From Candidatus Uhrbacteria bacterium (GTDB lineage Bacteria > Patescibacteriota > Patescibacteriia > UBA9934 > GWF2-40-263), in the NCBI GenBank assembly GCA_013204385.1, contig JABMNY010000013.1:517-64516 (forward strand): 64,000 nucleotides of DNA, in the 5' to 3' direction. Below the pieces are notes generated by a model. That model did not search any database. It was not told the DNA's origin and saw only the letters and a list, made by a program, of their open reading frames with translations. Below, piece by piece: positions 18,904 to 28,464 of this stretch (positions are counted from its first letter, which is position 1; the number at the start of each line of letters is the position of its first letter). A program made the position numbers and the translations under genes.

Positions 18904-19473
18904 ATGAAGCTAAACAAAACCTTATTCGTCGGTGCGCTTGTTGCGGTACTTGGTGCAGGAGCGATTGGGATCGGTACGACATTGGCGGCTCAAGAAGGTC
19001 AAGCACAAGAAGGAATGATTTCTGGGCTCGTTTCGGCGATTGCAGAAAAGTTCAACTTGAGTTCTGATGAAGTTCAAGCTGTGTTTGATGAATATCATGA
19101 AGTACGTCAAGAAGAAATGCAGGTAAAAAAAGATGAAATACGAGCACAGCATGAAGCGAAATTTGAAGAGAGACTTGCTCAAGCCGTAGAAGATGGAGAG
19201 CTCACACAAGCGCAAGTGGACGCCATTATTGAAAAGATGGCAGAAATGCGTGGATACATGGAAGAGTTCAAGGATCTCACACCTGAGACACGCAAAGATG
19301 CAATGCAAACACATGTAGAGGAATTACGCGCATGGGCTGAGGAACAGAACATCCCAATGCAATTCCTTCGGGTAGGCCCACCACCACAAAATGGCCAGCA
19401 TTCTGGTCAGGGTGAAATGAAACCACATGGGAATAATCGCCCAGGATTCAATACACAAGAAGAAGCTCTTTAA
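18904..19473 (+). CDS. Secreted alpha-helical hypothetical protein (signal peptide, Spy/CpxP-like composition)
   Basis: Signal peptide MKLNKTLFVGALVAVLGAGA followed by a charged helical body. Confidence 0.4.
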   Translation: MKLNKTLFVGALVAVLGAGAIGIGTTLAAQEGQAQEGMISGLVSAIAEKFNLSSDEVQAVFDEYHEVRQEEMQVKKDEIRAQHEAKFEERLAQAVEDGELTQAQVDAIIEKMAEMRGYMEEFKDLTPETRKDAMQTHVEELRAWAEEQNIPMQFLRVGPPPQNGQHSGQGEMKPHGNNRPGFNTQEEAL

Positions 19474-19536
19474 GAACGGTTTTAGATGAAACAAAAAACA
19501 CTCCTCCTTTTCGAGGGTGTTTTTATTTTGTGCGGA

Positions 19537-20271
19537 TTATTTTGTTGGAGTATTCGCTTCTTGTTCTGCGACTTGTTTTTCTTGTTCTAACTTTTTGTCT
19601 TCTTTATCAATCTCTTTTTCCGCAACAGGACGTTTGGCGTACAGGTTCATAAGAGAAAAGACAACCATGCTTGCAAAGATAATGCTTACCGCATTGATCA
19701 AGAAGAGAATGAACGAGTCTGTCATCATCGCCCAGTCAAAACGAGCAAGTCCGATTCCAGTGACCGCAAGTGGTGGAATGAGTGCAACAGAAATTGCGAC
19801 TCCAGGAAGGGAGGCGTTTAAATTTGGTTTGATCAGCGCAAACGATGCAGCAAGGCCTGCAATGACAGCGACCGCAAGGTAGAGGATTGAAGGCTCTGTG
19901 CGCGCAAGAATTTCAGGGTTGAGCTCGGGACTCAGTCCTGCTTGGGAGGCAAAAAGCAGTGTGGCGATTGCCGCAGAAGGGATCGACCAAGCGACCGCTT
20001 TTGTGAGTGTTAAGAGAGAGCGAAAGATGAGACGCGTGTCTGCCATCACAATCCCCAAAGAAATTCCCAAAATAGGAGAGAGAAGTGGGGCAATCAGCAT
20101 CGAGCCAATAATGACTGCCGGACTATTTAACAGAAGGCCGAAGACCGCCATGAGAACAGAAAGGATTGCGAGAAGAAAGAAGTCATCTCGAGGGGTACTG
20201 TCTTCGATAAGTCGCTTAACGGCCGTTGTTTTTCCTTGTTCGGTCAGTGTACTAAAAAGTGTCGTTACCAT
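19537..20271 (-). CDS. DUF389 family membrane protein
   Basis: LLAILSVLMAVFGLLLNSPAVIIGSMLIAPL pattern typical of DUF389 (TIGR00341-like) and a K/E-rich C-terminal tail. Confidence 0.5.
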   Translation of the reverse strand: MVTTLFSTLTEQGKTTAVKRLIEDSTPRDDFFLLAILSVLMAVFGLLLNSPAVIIGSMLIAPLLSPILGISLGIVMADTRLIFRSLLTLTKAVAWSIPSAAIATLLFASQAGLSPELNPEILARTEPSILYLAVAVIAGLAASFALIKPNLNASLPGVAISVALIPPLAVTGIGLARFDWAMMTDSFILFLINAVSIIFASMVVFSLMNLYAKRPVAEKEIDKEDKKLEQEKQVAEQEANTPTK

Positions 20272-20280
20272 AGTGTCTAT

Positions 20281-20292
20281 ATGGTATAATTT
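20281..20292 (+). promoter_or_regulatory. Candidate -10 (TATAAT) for the CaCA exchanger gene
   Basis: tggTATAAT ends about 9 nt before ATG 20300, implying a leaderless or short-leader start. Confidence 0.3.
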
Positions 20293-20299
20293 ATTTACT

Positions 20300-21256
20300 A
20301 TGCTGACAAATATACTTTTGGTTCTCGGTGGGTTTTATTTATTGATCAAAGGGGCAGACTACCTTGTTGGTGGATCTTCATCTCTTGCACGTAAACTCGG
20401 AGTTCCAGCTCTTGTTGTTGGACTTACGGTGGTGGCATTTGGAACATCAGCACCTGAGTTGTTTGTAAACGTGATTGCTGCGCTTAATGGTTCGACAGAT
20501 ATTGCGATTGGAAATGTACTCGGAAGCAATCTTGCAAACATGCTTCTGATTTTAGGAATCACAGCACTCATTGCTCCAATGACATTGAAGAGTAGTACTG
20601 TCTGGAAAGAAATTCCGTTCAGTTTACTTGCTGCGGGAATGTTAATTGTGCTTGGAGCCGATCAGTTCCTAGAAGGAGCGGTCAGTGGTTCAATTGGGCG
20701 CACAGATGGAATCGTCCTCTGGGGATTTTTTCTGATCTTTTTAATTTATACGTTTGGTATTCGTGAATCCGGTGAAAAATCAGAAGAACACACTGAACAG
20801 ATGCCTTTGTGGAGAACAGCACTCTTTATTGGAGGAGGACTCGTCGCGTTGGTGATTGGTGGTCAATTTGTGGTTGTTGGTGCATCTGCTGTCGCTGTTG
20901 CGTTTGGAGTCAGTGAAAATCTTATTGCCTTGACGATCGTAGCTATTGGAACTTCTCTTCCTGAGCTTGTAGCGAGTATTGTGGCAGCAAGAAAAGGACA
21001 TCAGGATATTGCGATTGGAAACGTTGTGGGATCAAATATCTTTAACATTCTTCTTGTTCTTTCAACGACATCTATCATTGCACCACTTCCATTTAGCGCG
21101 GTTAATATGACAGATGCCTTTGTCATGATGACCGCGACTCTTATGATGTTCTTCCTTCTGTTTATTGGTAAACGTCACACACTTCATAAGAGGGAAGGCT
21201 TCATTTTTATTCTGATGTATGTCAGTTATATCGTTTTCGCCATTATTCGTGGATAA
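20300..21256 (+). CDS. CaCA family Na+/Ca2+ (K+-dependent) exchanger, YrbG-like
   Basis: Two alpha-repeats (GTSAPELFV... and GTSLPELVASI...) and about 10 TM helices. The upstream part of ORF 19898.. is antisense to the DUF389 gene and is treated as spurious. Confidence 0.8.
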   Translation: MLTNILLVLGGFYLLIKGADYLVGGSSSLARKLGVPALVVGLTVVAFGTSAPELFVNVIAALNGSTDIAIGNVLGSNLANMLLILGITALIAPMTLKSSTVWKEIPFSLLAAGMLIVLGADQFLEGAVSGSIGRTDGIVLWGFFLIFLIYTFGIRESGEKSEEHTEQMPLWRTALFIGGGLVALVIGGQFVVVGASAVAVAFGVSENLIALTIVAIGTSLPELVASIVAARKGHQDIAIGNVVGSNIFNILLVLSTTSIIAPLPFSAVNMTDAFVMMTATLMMFFLLFIGKRHTLHKREGFIFILMYVSYIVFAIIRG

Positions 21257-21317
21257 GGAGTGTAAAGAGGGGAATGACCCTCTTTTCAATTTGTCGTTTG
21301 CCCAGTAAGCTGATCAC

Positions 21318-23102
21318 ATGGATCCAAAAGATGAAATTAAACAAAAGCTCGATATTTTCGATCTTGTAAGCGAGTACGTTGTTCTTAAACCGTCTGGTTC
21401 AACGGGGTTTAAGGGCCTATGCCCGTTTCATTCTGAAAAGTCGCCTTCCTTCCATGTTTCCCAAGATCGTCAAAATTGGCATTGTTTTGGGTGTAATGAA
21501 GGAGGGGATTGTTTTAGTTTTGTCATGAAAATTGAAGGCATGACCTTCCCGGAAGCGTTGATGCATTTAGGAAAAAAGACGGGCGTTGAAATTCGACGGT
21601 TACCAACAACGCAAAGCAATGTGCGTTCGCGCATGCTTCAAGTAAACGATCTTGCTCAAAAGTTTTATCGGAAAGTGCTGTTGGAATCGACCAAGGCGGG
21701 GAGTGCACGAAGCTATGTGGAGTCACGGAATATTCCCGTAGAGCTTGGAGAACGATTCGGGATTGGGTTTGCGCCAGACGAATGGGATACACTTTCAAGT
21801 TTTTTGCAAAAACGTGGATTTTCAGAATCTGAATGTGTGCAAGCGGGACTGAGTATGAAGCGTAAACAAGGCTCAGGAGTGATTGATCGTTTTCGAAACC
21901 GCCTCATGATTCCACTCCGTGATCATCATGGAAATACCGTTGGGTTTACCGGAAGGTGCATGCCGGGAGATGCTCATGGGCCAAAGTATATGAACTCCCC
22001 TGAGACGCCTGTGTATTCTAAGAGTCGACTTTTGTATGGGCTTGATTTGGCAAAACGGGCGGTGCGAGACGCAGAGTGCATTGTGATTGTAGAGGGAAAC
22101 TTGGATGTCGTTGCTTCCCATCTCGCAGGTGTTGAGCAGATTGTTGCGTCAAGTGGAACCGCATTCACAAAAGACCAACTCGAACTTCTTAAACGCTATA
22201 CCCAGACGATTGTCTTTGCGTTTGATTCAGATGCCGCCGGGTTCACAGCAGCCAAAAAAGGCATCAGTCTTGCGCGCACTATGGGATTTGATATTCGTGC
22301 GGCGATCTTGCCTGAAGGGGTGAAGGATCCCGATGAACTTGTTCAAAAGGATCCAACACAATGGAAAGAACTCGTGAATCATTCCCAGCCCATTATGGAG
22401 TTTCTTATTTCACAAGTGACGAGAGGAAAAGATCTCCGGAATATTGATGATAAACGTATTGTTGAAAAGGAGTTATTACCGGCGCTCAGTGAGATGATCT
22501 CTGTTGTTGAGCGAGAACATTGGCTTCAGGTTGTTGCAGATTTGCTTCAGACTCCTGTTGATCAACTTCGACCATCCATTCCTGTTGTTTTGCCTCAGAC
22601 AGAGACTATGGAGCCTGAAAAGGAGGATAAAGCTGATAAGGAAGACCAACCTGTCTCAAAAGAAGCAAAAGCGCTTACACTCCTTTTTGGACAAATACTC
22701 ACATCTGAAGAGGTTTTTGATACGTTTCACAAGCGTTTAGAGAAGGTTTCTCGAAATAATGAGAGTTGGGAAGCTCTTTACAAAATAGCTGCTGAGACGT
22801 ATGCTGAGGCTAGTCAACCAACACAAAAATCATTTTTTTTGCGGATTCGTGACATGTTAGACGGCCACCCATTACAAGCGTCCCTTGAGGAGCTTCTTGA
22901 TACATCATCATTCATGGCCGATGAAACATTTCAGGATCTTCCGCCACAAAAGGTGTTGGAACATATCGACCATCTATTTTCTTCTCTTGAAGAGCATGCG
23001 CTTGGAAAACGTCGTGAAATCCTTGCTCGTGATCTTCGACAAGCAGAAGCAGTAGGAGACACCGAAACTGTCTCTCGTCTGCTCACTCAATTAAACGAAT
23101 AA
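21318..23102 (+). CDS. dnaG: DNA primase DnaG
   Basis: CHC2 zinc finger (CPFHSEKSPSFHV...CFGC), a TOPRIM domain (EGNLDVV...DSD), and a position upstream of rpoD. Confidence 0.9.
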   Translation: MDPKDEIKQKLDIFDLVSEYVVLKPSGSTGFKGLCPFHSEKSPSFHVSQDRQNWHCFGCNEGGDCFSFVMKIEGMTFPEALMHLGKKTGVEIRRLPTTQSNVRSRMLQVNDLAQKFYRKVLLESTKAGSARSYVESRNIPVELGERFGIGFAPDEWDTLSSFLQKRGFSESECVQAGLSMKRKQGSGVIDRFRNRLMIPLRDHHGNTVGFTGRCMPGDAHGPKYMNSPETPVYSKSRLLYGLDLAKRAVRDAECIVIVEGNLDVVASHLAGVEQIVASSGTAFTKDQLELLKRYTQTIVFAFDSDAAGFTAAKKGISLARTMGFDIRAAILPEGVKDPDELVQKDPTQWKELVNHSQPIMEFLISQVTRGKDLRNIDDKRIVEKELLPALSEMISVVEREHWLQVVADLLQTPVDQLRPSIPVVLPQTETMEPEKEDKADKEDQPVSKEAKALTLLFGQILTSEEVFDTFHKRLEKVSRNNESWEALYKIAAETYAEASQPTQKSFFLRIRDMLDGHPLQASLEELLDTSSFMADETFQDLPPQKVLEHIDHLFSSLEEHALGKRREILARDLRQAEAVGDTETVSRLLTQLNE

Positions 23103-23139
23103 GCGCCATTGTGCGTGATCTTTTTATTCTGTTCTGCGT

Positions 23140-24483
23140 ATGCCGACCAAATCATCTGGCAAAGCCCGTAAGGATTCCGCTGGAAAGACAATCAAAAAAG
23201 TTGCAAAGAAAGTTGCAAAGAAGGTTCCTGTAAAAAAGAAACCTGTCGAAAAAAAGACCACCAAAAAGACTCCGGTAAAGAAAGTTGCTATTAAGAAAAC
23301 AGCCTCACCAAAGGTTGCAAAAAAATCAATCATTTTTCACAAAAAAGTTGCACCTCCAAGCGTTGTTCGATCAACGGGCCGTTACAAACGATCAGAACCT
23401 CCTTCTGTGGATGTGTTAGATCGTCTTGTTCAAAAAGGCATGCGCCGTGGATATATTACAGAGAATGAACTTCTTTTTACGTTTGTTCAATTAGAAGACT
23501 ACGTTGAGGCATTTGAGGATTTTTTGAATGAGTTAGAGCGCGTGGGAGTTCACTTTGTCGAGGTTAAGGAGGGAATTTTAGGACGCGCAAAGGAACGTGA
23601 CGATGTATATGAAAAAATTCGCATGAGCGAGGATGCTCGTCGAATTCCTCTTCCTGAAATCACTCAGGATTCGATTCAGATGTACCTGCGCGAGATCGGA
23701 AAAATTCCACTTCTCACAGGAGAACAAGAAGTTGGTCTTGCTAAGCGAAAAGAACGAAACGAAAAAGAAGCAGAGCGACGACTGATTGAAGCCAATCTAC
23801 GCTTGGTTGTTTCTATCGCAAAAAAATTCGTTGGAAAATCCATGTCACTTCTTGATCTTATTCAAGAAGGAAACATTGGTCTCTTTCGTGCGGTCAAGAA
23901 ATTTGAATATCGAAAAGGATACAAGTTTTCAACCTATGCGACTTGGTGGATTCGCCAAGCCATTACACGTGCGCTTGCCGATCAATCTCGAACCATTCGT
24001 ATTCCGGTTCACATGGTTGAGACGATTAATAAGTTTCAACAAATCGAGCGTCAACTCATCCAAGACTTGGGTCGCGAGCCACTTGCTGAAGAAATTGCGG
24101 CCGAGATGGGTCAGCCTGTTGATAAGGTGCGTCACATCCGAAAGATTTCTCAGGATACAGTTTCACTTGAAACAAGTGTCGGAGATGATGATGAGGATTC
24201 AAAACTCGAAGACTTTCTTGAGGACGTAAAGACAATTTCACCAGACAGAAACGCCGCTCGAGAGCTCTTAAAGGATTACGTGAATCAATCCATGATGGAA
24301 TTGACACCACGTGAACAAAAAATTCTTGAGATGCGATTTGGTCTGATTGACGGCGTGAGTCATACCTTGGAAGAAGTAGGTCGAGAATTCGACGTGACAC
24401 GTGAACGTATCCGTCAAATCGAAGCAAAAGCCCTTGAAAAAATTCAAGCCAATCCCCTTATTGAAAAGTTAAGAGACTACTAA
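23140..24483 (+). CDS. rpoD: RNA polymerase primary sigma factor (sigma-70/RpoD) with a Lys-rich N-terminal extension
   Basis: Regions 1.2 through 4 are present ([21 protein letters not shown], and the region 4 HTH). The N-terminus is built of KKVAKKV-type repeats. Confidence 0.9.
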   Translation: MPTKSSGKARKDSAGKTIKKVAKKVAKKVPVKKKPVEKKTTKKTPVKKVAIKKTASPKVAKKSIIFHKKVAPPSVVRSTGRYKRSEPPSVDVLDRLVQKGMRRGYITENELLFTFVQLEDYVEAFEDFLNELERVGVHFVEVKEGILGRAKERDDVYEKIRMSEDARRIPLPEITQDSIQMYLREIGKIPLLTGEQEVGLAKRKERNEKEAERRLIEANLRLVVSIAKKFVGKSMSLLDLIQEGNIGLFRAVKKFEYRKGYKFSTYATWWIRQAITRALADQSRTIRIPVHMVETINKFQQIERQLIQDLGREPLAEEIAAEMGQPVDKVRHIRKISQDTVSLETSVGDDDEDSKLEDFLEDVKTISPDRNAARELLKDYVNQSMMELTPREQKILEMRFGLIDGVSHTLEEVGREFDVTRERIRQIEAKALEKIQANPLIEKLRDY

Positions 24484-24489
24484 TAAAAT

Positions 24490-24516
24490 CAGGCCTTCGG
24501 GCCTGTTTTTATTTTG
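24490..24516 (+). terminator. Rho-independent terminator after rpoD
   Basis: caggccttcgggcctg hairpin followed by tttttatttt. Confidence 0.7.
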
Positions 24517-24550
24517 GGATCTCAGAATTTTCAGGTATACTATCTTCACT

Positions 24551-26374
24551 ATGAAATTACTTCGTCGTTGGTGGCTCTGGGTTATTGTTATTCTAGTGAT
24601 GGGAGTCATTGGATATTCTGTGTTGAGGCCAGATGCCCCAGTAGAATATGTAACAGAGATTGTTGAACGAACGGATCTTGTCCAAACTGTTGATGCAAAT
24701 GGAGAGGTCGTCTCACTTGATGAGGTAGATCTTTCGTTTGATCTTTCTGGAACGGTCGCGACTATTTTGGTGCAAGTTGGAGATTCTGTTGGAATTGGAG
24801 ATTTACTAGCAGTTCTTGAGACACAAGAACTTGTTGCTGATCTACAAAGTGCCTATCAAGCCGTACAAATTTCTCAAGGAACGCTTGATGCGCAAAAGGC
24901 TGGAGCAAGTATTGAAACAATTGCGGTTTCTGAGGCTTCACTTTCTTCTGCCGATATTGATTATGAGAATAAAATAGTCTTGAATGGTTTTGTTGAATCG
25001 TTATATCTCGCTCAAGAAGAAGTTCAAGCAGCAGCTCTTGCAACGGCCTCTGATAATGTAAATCAAACAATTGCTGATAATAGTGAGTTGCTTACACAGG
25101 TGTATGACGACTTGTTGGGATCTGCGTGGGCGGGAGCGATTGAGGCTCGAAGTGCCTACTCGAAAGGGGATGAGATAATGGGAATCCATAATTCAACCCT
25201 GAATGACGATTATCAAAATCTTCTTTCTGCAGGAAATTCATCTGCGGTGAATTTAGCAAAAACAGCTTTTTCGGCACTTGATGAGTCGCTTGTGTTGGCA
25301 GAGCAGGCCATAGTCGTTGCAGAATATGGATCGTCCACATCAATCGCGACAGCTGCCCAAGAAGTCGAAAGTGCTTTAGGGCATGCAGCACAAATGTTGT
25401 TGTATCTTCGCACAGCGATTACGGCCATGCCTGTCACGGGGGACTTGAGCATTGCAGAAGCAACGGCGCTTGCTTCTTCTGTTGATACTGCTCGTGTCTC
25501 TGTCCAAGTCGATCAAGTCACATTGCAAAATGCCTTCCAATCAGTTCAAGATGCCCTTAATACATCTACATCCAATCTTGAAGATGCGAATAATGCGCTC
25601 ACTGGAGCACAAGCATCTTACAATTCAGCTGTAGCAACACGTCTGTATCAGGTTGTTCTTGCAGAGCAAGCGGTCCAATCTTCACAGGCAATTCAATCAC
25701 TCCGCGAGGCGGAGCTTGCCCAAGCCAAAGCTGTTCCACGAACAGTAGATCTCGCCTCTTATGAGGCCGATGTTTCACGATCGCAAGCTGCGTATGTGTC
25801 CGCGCAAGCCAGACTTGCAAAAGCAGAAATTCATTCCCCGATCATTGGTGATGTAACGCAGATTACGATCAAAGCAGGGGAGCAGGTCGTTGCCTCAAAC
25901 GCGGTAATTACCGTACAAACAACTCAGGAGCAATTTGAGATTGTGGCAGACGTGAGTGAATCAGATATCTCAAAACTTGAACTTGGAGATGCAACGGTTA
26001 TTACGTTTGATGCGTTTAGTTCATCAGACATCCTTTTAGGAACCGTGCGAAAAATTGAACCTGCAGAAAAATTAGTGGAAGGTGTTGTGTATTACGAGGT
26101 AACAGTCTCTCTCCTGTTGCCTGTTGAAGGATTCGATTTACGACCTGGGCTTTCAGCAGATCTTATTTTTACAACAGATTCAAAAGATCAAATCCTTACA
26201 GTTTCTCAGCGTGCACTTTATGAGCGCGAGGGTGTGACCTATGTGCGTGTTCTTGAGAATAGTATTTCTGTTGAGCGTGAAGTGACCACAGGTCTTCGGG
26301 GCGATCTTGGGCGCATGGAAATTTTATCGGGGCTTGCAGTGGGGGAGGAGGTTATTATTCGTGAAATCAATTAA
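24551..26374 (+). CDS. Efflux transporter periplasmic adaptor (HlyD/MacA-family membrane fusion protein), unusually long at 607 aa
   Basis: N-terminal TM anchor, a lipoyl-like half (LVQTVDANGEV...GTV), a very long coiled-coil hairpin region, and a C-terminal beta-barrel (IIGDVTQITIKAGE). Confidence 0.7.
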   Translation: MKLLRRWWLWVIVILVMGVIGYSVLRPDAPVEYVTEIVERTDLVQTVDANGEVVSLDEVDLSFDLSGTVATILVQVGDSVGIGDLLAVLETQELVADLQSAYQAVQISQGTLDAQKAGASIETIAVSEASLSSADIDYENKIVLNGFVESLYLAQEEVQAAALATASDNVNQTIADNSELLTQVYDDLLGSAWAGAIEARSAYSKGDEIMGIHNSTLNDDYQNLLSAGNSSAVNLAKTAFSALDESLVLAEQAIVVAEYGSSTSIATAAQEVESALGHAAQMLLYLRTAITAMPVTGDLSIAEATALASSVDTARVSVQVDQVTLQNAFQSVQDALNTSTSNLEDANNALTGAQASYNSAVATRLYQVVLAEQAVQSSQAIQSLREAELAQAKAVPRTVDLASYEADVSRSQAAYVSAQARLAKAEIHSPIIGDVTQITIKAGEQVVASNAVITVQTTQEQFEIVADVSESDISKLELGDATVITFDAFSSSDILLGTVRKIEPAEKLVEGVVYYEVTVSLLLPVEGFDLRPGLSADLIFTTDSKDQILTVSQRALYEREGVTYVRVLENSISVEREVTTGLRGDLGRMEILSGLAVGEEVIIREIN

Positions 26375-26381
26375 TAGATTC

Positions 26382-27098
26382 ATGAACCAACCCATTATTC
26401 AATGCGAGAATCTCACACGTGATTACGTGAATGGAGATGTGGTAACACGTGCGTTGCGCGGTGTAACATTTGAAATTCAGACGGGAGAGTTCGTCGCAAT
26501 CATGGGGCCATCTGGATCTGGAAAGTCCACACTCATGCATGTTCTTGGTTTTTTAGATGCGTTCACAGAGGGGTCCTATTTGTTTGAAGGAGAGGATGTT
26601 CGAGGGTTTTCAGAGGATGAACTTGCGAAATTTCGACAAGATCGTGTCGGGTTTATTTTTCAAGCATTTAATCTTTTGAGTAAATCAACGGTGTATCAAA
26701 ACATCATGTTACCGTTAGTCTATGGGACACTTTCTATCGAGGAAAGAAAAAAGCGAACACTCAATGCCATAAAGGAGGTTTCGATGGAGCATCGTCAAAA
26801 TCATTTTTCAAATCAATTATCAGGAGGAGAGAAACAGCGCGTGGCGATTGCCCGGGCTCTTGCGAATGAGCCTTCTGTCATTTTTGCAGATGAACCAACA
26901 GGAAACTTAGATACAAAAACAGGAGGTCAGATTTTGGACCTTCTCGCCGCCCTTCATGATCAAGGACATACAATTGTGATGGTGACCCATGAACAAGAAG
27001 CCGCCGAGTACGCCTCACGTATTATTGGAATGCGTGACGGGCTTATCGAATCTGATTCTGCGAACGGTCATCGTCGTCGAGGAGGATATTCAAAATAG
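26382..27098 (+). CDS. ABC transporter ATP-binding protein (MacB/LolD-type)
   Basis: Walker [10 protein letters not shown], signature [14 protein letters not shown], and Walker B IFADEPT. Confidence 0.85.
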   Translation: MNQPIIQCENLTRDYVNGDVVTRALRGVTFEIQTGEFVAIMGPSGSGKSTLMHVLGFLDAFTEGSYLFEGEDVRGFSEDELAKFRQDRVGFIFQAFNLLSKSTVYQNIMLPLVYGTLSIEERKKRTLNAIKEVSMEHRQNHFSNQLSGGEKQRVAIARALANEPSVIFADEPTGNLDTKTGGQILDLLAALHDQGHTIVMVTHEQEAAEYASRIIGMRDGLIESDSANGHRRRGGYSK

Positions 27099-27109
27099 TA
27101 TTACTGGGT

Positions 27110-28351
27110 ATGCGATATCAAGATCTTTTTGCGACAGCAACTGAATCCCTTCTTCGTACAAAATCTCGTTCGCTTTTGACGATCCTTGGAATTGTCATTG
27201 GAATCGCTGCGGTGATTCTCATGCTTTCTATCGGTCAGGGTGCGGAGAAGTTTATCTTATCTGAGGTGGCGGATTTAGGAGCAGACCTTGTGTTTGTGGA
27301 GCCAGCCAGTGGGGATCCAACTGCTGGACCTCCAAATCCGTTTATTGAGCAGACGATGACGCTTGATGATGCAGATGAAATGAAACGATCGGGATTATTT
27401 ACCGTTGTCTCACCAACATTGATCAGTACTGTTCCTGTGTCGTTTGAAGAAGTGAATGATTTTCTTCAAATTCAGGGTGTAGACAGTTCTTATATTGACT
27501 TGTTCCCTGCGGAGTTGCGATATGGAACCTATTTGGAAGCGTCAGATGTTGATTCCTATTCTAAAGTTGCGGTACTTGGGAGCGAAATTTCGGAGGATTT
27601 TTTTGGGGATCGAGATCCTGTGGGAGAGCGGATTAAGATTAAATCAAATTCGTATCGAGTCGTTGGGGTGTTTGAGAAACAAGGTTCTCGTTTTTTCCAA
27701 AATCTTGATAAGCAGGTCAGTATTCCTGTCACAACCATGCAACGCGATTTGTTGGCGGTTGAATATGTGAATTATGTTTCTGCTCGAGTCCCGGCAGGGG
27801 TTGAAATAGAAGAGGTAAAAGAAGAACTGCGCTATCTCATGCGAGATGCACATGATCTTGATAATCCGGAAGGGGATCCAGCACTTGATGATTTTTTTGT
27901 CAGTTCTCAAGAGGATGCAACGGAGACCATTGGAATGGTTGGAAGTGTTCTTACGATTTTACTCTCATCGATTGCTGCCATTTCACTGATTGTGGGAGGT
28001 ATTGGAATCATGAACATTATGCTTGTGTCTGTAACGGAGCGCACACGAGAGATTGGACTGCGAAAAGCTGTGGGGGCAACATATAAAGAAATCCTTCAAC
28101 AGTTCCTAGTTGAGTCAATTTTACTTACCATGTTCGGAGGGTTGATCGGAGTGCTAGCAGGTTCTGTTATTTCGTATGTTGTTGGATGGGTGCTCGTTCA
28201 CTTTTTTCTATCGACATGGGCTATTGTTATCCCATTAAACGCTGTTTTTTTAGGTGCGGCTGTTTCAACGGTAGTGGGCTTAGTTTTTGGAATCTATCCA
28301 GCAAGAAGCGCCGCACGTCTGAATCCAATTGATGCATTGAGATACGAATAG
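27110..28351 (+). CDS. ABC transporter permease (FtsX/MacB family)
   Basis: N-terminal TM, a large periplasmic domain, and a C-terminal FtsX 4-TM module. Confidence 0.8.
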   Translation: MRYQDLFATATESLLRTKSRSLLTILGIVIGIAAVILMLSIGQGAEKFILSEVADLGADLVFVEPASGDPTAGPPNPFIEQTMTLDDADEMKRSGLFTVVSPTLISTVPVSFEEVNDFLQIQGVDSSYIDLFPAELRYGTYLEASDVDSYSKVAVLGSEISEDFFGDRDPVGERIKIKSNSYRVVGVFEKQGSRFFQNLDKQVSIPVTTMQRDLLAVEYVNYVSARVPAGVEIEEVKEELRYLMRDAHDLDNPEGDPALDDFFVSSQEDATETIGMVGSVLTILLSSIAAISLIVGGIGIMNIMLVSVTERTREIGLRKAVGATYKEILQQFLVESILLTMFGGLIGVLAGSVISYVVGWVLVHFFLSTWAIVIPLNAVFLGAAVSTVVGLVFGIYPARSAARLNPIDALRYE

Positions 28352-28464
28352 GAGGACTCTTCCATATGATTGACAAAATGCCCTAAATAGGGTATTTTGT
28401 TTTGTTCAAACGAGGACTTTCTCGATTGAAAACGCTCATTAAACACTCACTTTCAGGAGATGCA

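Noticed and set aside
19898-20299. Long N-terminal extension of the CaCA exchanger ORF (19898..)
   Set aside because: The extension is antisense to the DUF389 gene (19537-20271). The conserved CaCA N-terminus begins at Met 20300, just after a TATAAT box.
23124-23333. Minus-strand 69-aa ORF overlapping the rpoD start
   Set aside because: It is the antisense reading of the Lys-codon repeat (poly-Phe/Thr) and lies within a confidently called rpoD.
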